The position numbers were made by a program, and so were the translations under genes. Of a DNA stretch of 64,000 nucleotides, positions 60,301 through 64,000 are shown one piece after another. The notes under the pieces are model-generated. The model searched no databases, was not told where the DNA came from, and worked only from the letters and a program-made list of their open reading frames with translations. How positions within the stretch are numbered: position 1 is the stretch's first letter; each line of letters opens with the position of its first letter. The DNA comes from an uncultured Bacilli bacterium (GTDB lineage: Bacteria > Bacillota_I > Bacilli_A > RF39 > UBA660): positions 73,401 to 137,400 of the forward strand of contig CAKOIN010000002.1 in the NCBI GenBank assembly GCA_934086955.1. The letters run 5' to 3'.

Positions 60301-61274
60301 ATGTTAAAAATATTTTTGGTATCAACGAAGAATACCAAACAAAAATAACACACAATCCAAAAGTTAGAGAGATGTTTGAAATAGTAAATAAGAAAATAAA
60401 TATACAAAAAGAAAATAATGAATATACAGGAAGAGAAATAGCATTATTTACTGATAGTCATGGAATGTATGAACCAACATTAGCAATACTTGAGGATATT
60501 AAAAAAAGTGGAATTAAAGAAATATATAGTTTAGGTGATAATGTAGGATTAGGACCAAATCCTGATCTAGTTCATGATTTATTACAAGAATATTCTGTAA
60601 AAAGTATTTGTGGAAATAGTGAGTACTATAATATACTTGGAATTTCTCCATTTACATATTTCACTAAAGAAAAAGATGAAAATCAAAGATGGACTATGGA
60701 TAAATTAGGTAGTCAAAGAATAAAAGAAATGAGTAAATGGAGTCCATCAGTAGATTTAGAAGTTGGAACAAAGAAAATTGGATTATGTCACTTTTTAAAT
60801 GATATACGATGGGATTATTCAAAAAGAAGTACATGGACTTATCAAGAAAACTTTATTCCAGGATACTCATCAAAACAATTTGATTATACGAATAGTGAAC
60901 AAGCTAAAAAAGATTTAAATAATTTATTATTAGGAGATAAACCTGGATTAGCAAAAGGAGCTAGAGAAGTAATAAAAAATCCATTATTAGGTGGTAAGAG
61001 AGTTAATGAATATGATGCAATATTACAAGGACATACTCATTTTGATATACAAGATCATCTTGATGATACATTAATATATACATTAAGAGCAGCAGGTATG
61101 GGATATAAAAATGATATGAAAAATACTGCATGTTACTATATTTTAAGAGAAAAAAATGATGGAACATTTGATATTGAAAGAAAATTAGTAATTTTCGATA
61201 GAAGCTTATTATTATCAAAAATAGACTCTTCAACATTACCACATAAAAATTTTATATTAAAAATGGTAAAATAG
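57396..61274 (+). CDS. 1292-aa protein: helical-repeat N-terminal region plus a C-terminal calcineurin-like metallophosphoesterase
   Basis: The C-terminal ~270 aa carry the motifs FTDSHG, LGDNVGLGP, CGNSEYY, LCHF and LQGHTHF. The rest has no recognisable domain. RBS GGGGG precedes ATG 57396, 30 nt after obg. Confidence 0.7.
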   Translation: MFWWITYKNILDYLEFSTDSNEQKEKIISRNKKSISSKINKLDVDKIIHYLLDVDLPLSVRKLINDKINELYSKKDSIMLKLVANRTFSIEELYHLHTNYPNNDFIDKIIKESTFDSPYKNILDENIPFEYKKIYIDVYKEDFRVLCNILKVTKDEEVISYVIDSHDYSTQVIASILFDLEVDPKIKKEVLKKQINADNIIGVLSSPLTANKEIRKEIVEAKYPELVLAVLKLNKQEISSMIRYDSHNHETIDLIIRNRRKTLEEAIKEIKIENLFSSIINCSHKPLTDLIIEIRKDDLGLAVEKIKYQNLANILASTAIPSKYKEIILKNRSEQLEKDINKLHISTILSYLRSPDIEESIKKLSFDLRFNDIVNEITDFSFYQVLGYYFDENCYGDLNKLIVKLCVSSTNIFRILNSQYLKKEKCIHLINEKNYLIAEMLNNMQLVDLMVIRTEPDIPMDFKEIIVENNKGLIRKRLTESIGLSFALASNLKGVPHSIKEMVIEELKLNKDEVDNIFILSKYCNRDILLKKYNELKEYINSLGIDFSSFLQYGAGSTKYKNWFNSINNILVRNKKEEFKIVKEYFFKNYYNSSKDSTINTIENFLEILTNFDKYYDLFMYFATNNYILSKEEKENISFLFSNEQSVIIEEPKDLSEARNELCERYKRMINKEDLTLNEIKEMFNSILFCDSNKTISRIGGTLGLAKLKSMNSNSKTMVDYINVLMEYVSLIEIVNLSTNTEGLKRAFKSLLDNNMEEFIKMQSEYNKLSDRIKKLYELDSQINLTKIDKARNMKSVYNEKLSEKYGTTTLDFSDKNYALYAHILSDRENMEDLIKGRAAGDKNFISLSPISYLGQKYYYGINYKVTFAYDTIPDGNFICSSRENMGSNDLINQNSSEVKERENEQLGILDTSAVTRNNAEALLYREGLKPSGIILVGGRKPTDEEISISIKYDLPLIITQEKDSKVKNVKNIFGINEEYQTKITHNPKVREMFEIVNKKINIQKENNEYTGREIALFTDSHGMYEPTLAILEDIKKSGIKEIYSLGDNVGLGPNPDLVHDLLQEYSVKSICGNSEYYNILGISPFTYFTKEKDENQRWTMDKLGSQRIKEMSKWSPSVDLEVGTKKIGLCHFLNDIRWDYSKRSTWTYQENFIPGYSSKQFDYTNSEQAKKDLNNLLLGDKPGLAKGAREVIKNPLLGGKRVNEYDAILQGHTHFDIQDHLDDTLIYTLRAAGMGYKNDMKNTACYYILREKNDGTFDIERKLVIFDRSLLLSKIDSSTLPHKNFILKMVK

Positions 61275-61278
61275 AAAA

Positions 61279-61307
61279 ATAGTAGTAGAAATACCACTAT
61301 TTTTTTG
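61279..61307 (+). terminator. intrinsic terminator
   Basis: Stem ATAGTAGT/ACCACTAT (one mismatch) followed by a T7 run. Confidence 0.55.
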
Positions 61308-61341
61308 ATAAAATAATTATAGAAAATAGGGTGCATTAATA

Positions 61342-61836
61342 ATGAAGAAAAAAGTTAGCAGTACCAGTAGTAAAAAAAATTCGATTAATAATACATTTAA
61401 AATAATATTAAAGTTATTTTTAATAGTTTGTACTATGTTGACTAGTATATTGCTTTTAATGTTATCATTAAATGATCCGATTAGTTTAATATTAAATAAA
61501 AACTATAAAATCTCAAAAGCAACAATAACAAATTCAAAATTAATTACTAATGATGATAAATATCAAGAATATGAATTTTTAAAGTTTGAAATATCATATC
61601 ATTTTACTAATAACAATAAATCCGTAAAAAGTAATGATGTTATTGTTTCACCATTATACTATGCCATTCATAAATTAAAAAAAGACACATTAGTAATATA
61701 TAATATTGAAGATACTAGTAAAAATCATATATTTCAAATATACATTCTACACTTCATAGTAGCTATTATATTATTTTGTGTATCTATAACTGAATTAAAA
61801 AAAACAATTTATTATAAAAGAGTGGAAAATATTTAA
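61342..61836 (+). CDS. two-TM membrane protein (DUF3592-like topology)
   Basis: A basic N-terminus, a TM helix, a beta-rich middle region and a C-terminal TM helix. The family call is tentative. Confidence 0.4.
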   Translation: MKKKVSSTSSKKNSINNTFKIILKLFLIVCTMLTSILLLMLSLNDPISLILNKNYKISKATITNSKLITNDDKYQEYEFLKFEISYHFTNNNKSVKSNDVIVSPLYYAIHKLKKDTLVIYNIEDTSKNHIFQIYILHFIVAIILFCVSITELKKTIYYKRVENI

Positions 61837-61904
61837 AGGAAAGTATTATCTTTTCTTTTTTTTTAAGCCTAAAATTGATATAATATTTCTAAGGATGTGA
61901 AATA

Positions 61905-62429
61905 ATGGTAGAAAAATTTATGCCTGATATATATCAAAAAAGTATTTATTATATTAATTATGATAAATTATATAAAAAGGGAGTTAGATGTTTATTATTT
62001 GATTTAGATAATACAATAACACCTAGTCATGTAACTAAACCAACTAAAAGACTTAAAAAACTATTTGATGAACTAAGAGACAAAGGATTTAAAGTTATAA
62101 TAATGTCTAATGCTCCAAAACATAGAATAGAACCTTTTAAATCATATTTAGCAGTAGATGCTTGTGCATTTTCATTAAAACCAAGAAAAGATAAATATCT
62201 AAAAATAATGGATAAATTTAAATATAAACATACAGAAGTAGCAGCAATAGGAGACCAATTACTTACAGATATTTATGGTGCCAATAGACTTGATTTAGTA
62301 AGTGTTCTTGTTAATCCAATGAGTGAACATGATTACAGTATTACATGGATAAATAGAGCTCTTGAGAAGTTTATATATGGAAGTTTAGAAAAGAAAGATG
62401 TATTTAAAAGAGGAGAATATTATGACTAA
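61905..62429 (+). CDS. yqeG: YqeG-family HAD-IIIA phosphatase
   Basis: LLFDLDNTI, MSNAPKHR, IGDQLLTDI. Confidence 0.8.
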   Translation: MVEKFMPDIYQKSIYYINYDKLYKKGVRCLLFDLDNTITPSHVTKPTKRLKKLFDELRDKGFKVIIMSNAPKHRIEPFKSYLAVDACAFSLKPRKDKYLKIMDKFKYKHTEVAAIGDQLLTDIYGANRLDLVSVLVNPMSEHDYSITWINRALEKFIYGSLEKKDVFKRGEYYD

Positions 62430-63423
62430 AGAATGCTTAGGATGTGGTTCAGTATTACAAACAGAATTTCCGAGTAAAGAAGGGTTTATTAAATCAAGTG
62501 TATATGATAAATCATCATATTGTGAAAGATGTTTTAAAATAAAACATTATGGAGAATATAGTGTACTTGATAAAAAAGTAGATACAGATGGTATTATAAG
62601 AAATATTAATAGTGATAATATGGCAAGTGTTGCATTCTTAATAGATGTACTTAATATAAATGATACAATTAAAAAATATATAAACAGATTCAAAAATAAA
62701 AAATATATTTTAATAACCAAAAAAGATGTTCTTCCTAAAAGTTTAAAAGAAAAGAAAATAATAAATTACATAAAAGAAAACATTTGTAATACAGAAGATA
62801 TTATGTGTGTAAGCTCATATAAGAATTACAATATTGATAACTTTTTAAACAAAGTAAAGGAAGATGGTGTAAGAAGACTATATATAGTAGGATTTACAAA
62901 TAGCGGAAAAAGTACATTTATAAATCATTTACTTACAAGTGCACTTAAAAATCCAACAATAACAACAAGTAGTATTCCAAATACAACTGCTTCATATATA
63001 ACAATAAGATTAAATAATAAACTTACTATTGTAGATACACCAGGATTTATAGATAAAGATGCTATATATAATTTTATAGATTATAATAAAGTAGTTAAAC
63101 TATATCCTAAAAAAGAAATAAGAATTAAAACATTTCAAATAAGAAGTGGTTATTCAATAGTTATAAATGATATTCTTAGAATAGAAAATACAAGTGAAAA
63201 AACAAATAGTTTTAGTTTTTATATGAATGATAAATTAAGATATGAAAAAATAAAAGATAAAAATTCAAAATTAAGACATTTACCTAATATTAATTATAAT
63301 ATTGAAGAAGGTACTGATATTGTTATAAGTGGTCTTGGCTTTATTAGAGTAACAAAAGAAGGCAGTGTTAAAATATATACTTTAGATGAAAAATTAATTA
63401 GTAAAAGAAAGAGTATGATTTAA
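62422..63423 (+). CDS. yqeH: ribosome biogenesis GTPase YqeH
   Basis: N-terminal Zn finger (CLGCGS...CERC), circularly permuted GTPase (TKKD ... GFTNSGKST ... DTPG). The start was moved to ATG 62422, behind AGGAG. Confidence 0.85.
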   Translation: MTKECLGCGSVLQTEFPSKEGFIKSSVYDKSSYCERCFKIKHYGEYSVLDKKVDTDGIIRNINSDNMASVAFLIDVLNINDTIKKYINRFKNKKYILITKKDVLPKSLKEKKIINYIKENICNTEDIMCVSSYKNYNIDNFLNKVKEDGVRRLYIVGFTNSGKSTFINHLLTSALKNPTITTSSIPNTTASYITIRLNNKLTIVDTPGFIDKDAIYNFIDYNKVVKLYPKKEIRIKTFQIRSGYSIVINDILRIENTSEKTNSFSFYMNDKLRYEKIKDKNSKLRHLPNINYNIEEGTDIVISGLGFIRVTKEGSVKIYTLDEKLISKRKSMI

Positions 63424-64000
63424 ATGAATAAAATAGCAGTAATGAGTGAAAGCTTAGCTAATAAAATAGCTGCTGGTGAAGTAGTTGAGAGAATTGGCAA
63501 TGTAGTTAAAGAACTAGTTGAAAATAGTATTGATGCTGGCAGTAAAAATATTAAAGTAGAATTATTACTAAGTGGTACAAAACTTATAAAAATAGTAGAC
63601 GATGGATGTGGAATGAGTAAAGACGATGCAATGCTTTGCTTTAGTAGACATGCTACATCTAAAATAAAAAATGAAAATGATTTATATTTCATAAATACTC
63701 TTGGATTCCGCGGTGAAGCACTAGCTGCAATCTCATCAGTAAGTAATGTAGTATTAGATACTTATGATGGTAATGAATCAACTTACCTTGTTATAAAAGA
63801 TGGAAAATTTATAACTAATAAAGTAGGTAGTATGAGAAATGGTACTATAATTGAAGTAAGTGAATTATTTTATAATACACCAGCAAGATTAAAATTTATG
63901 AAAAGTTTACAAGCAGAACTATCTTTAACTGTTGGTTTTTTAGAAAAAATAGCATTATCTCATCCAGATATATCATTTACTCTTATAAACGATAATAAAG
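63424..64000 (+). CDS. mutL: DNA mismatch repair protein MutL, N-terminal part (runs off the window)
   Basis: My own translation is MNKIAVMSESLANKIAAGEVVERIGNVVKELVENSIDAG...DDGCGM...LGFRGEAL. It is absent from the ORF track because it has no stop. Confidence 0.9.
   Translation, partial: MNKIAVMSESLANKIAAGEVVERIGNVVKELVENSIDAGSKNIKVELLLSGTKLIKIVDDGCGMSKDDAMLCFSRHATSKIKNENDLYFINTLGFRGEALAAISSVSNVVLDTYDGNESTYLVIKDGKFITNKVGSMRNGTIIEVSELFYNTPARLKFMKSLQAELSLTVGFLEKIALSHPDISFTLINDNK

Noticed and set aside
63424-64000. mutL directly abuts yqeH and is not preceded by mutS.
   Set aside because: The gene order cannot be evaluated without the rest of the genome, because mutS may lie elsewhere. mutL-only contexts are not unusual enough to flag.
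1-64000. Searched for defence islands, prophage or ICE modules, toxin-antitoxin pairs, CRISPR arrays, tRNA or rRNA genes and integrases.
   Set aside because: None was recognisable. The only mobile-element trace is the decayed Rpn-like pseudogene at 22879-23552.

Overview
This is a very AT-rich chromosomal segment (GC not computed) from a low-GC, endospore-forming Firmicute. spoIVA and an uninterrupted sigK are present. Nearly every gene is on the + strand; only five minus-strand genes are convincing, which suggests a leading-strand core region. Most of the content is housekeeping: rpsU, yqeY, holA, mraY, an FtsW/SpoVE-type SEDS gene, clpB, rnhB, glyQS, sepF, a DivIVA-domain gene, dnaE, uvrA, mscS, lepA, ileS, nrdD/nrdG, obg, yqeG, yqeH and the 5' part of mutL. 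Regulatory RNA and DNA are readable directly: two T-box leaders (Gly, Ile), a CIRCE operator in the clpB promoter, and many clean intrinsic terminators. An N-domain-less, CIRCE-controlled ClpB, a short DnaE and DUF285 repeats hint at an Erysipelotrichia/Mollicutes-related lineage; this is inference only. Six loci deserve attention. (1) Three tandem SigA/RpoD-like sigma paralogs share a private N-terminal domain and near-identical promoters, and sit behind an orphan 447-aa gene (37.2-42.5 kb). (2) nrdD is split, with its glycyl-radical tail encoded as a separate 52-aa ORF that is missing from the supplied ORF track. (3) A surface-protein export and anchoring locus (21.8-30.4 kb) holds a class-B-like sortase, two FPRTG-anchored MucBP adhesins with a shared structured 5' leader, a divergent SecA2-like ATPase and a coupled signal-peptidase homolog that appears catalytically dead. 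(4) A 1292-aa helical-repeat protein with a C-terminal metallophosphoesterase lies directly behind obg. (5) A compact glycine T-box precedes an unknown ORF that is translationally coupled to glyQS. (6) A prepilin-leader protein is fused to 14 DUF285/BspA-type repeats, and an orphan pilC-pilD pair has a PilC carrying a ~200-aa N-terminal extension. No CRISPR array, rRNA, tRNA, intact mobile element or recognisable defence system was seen.
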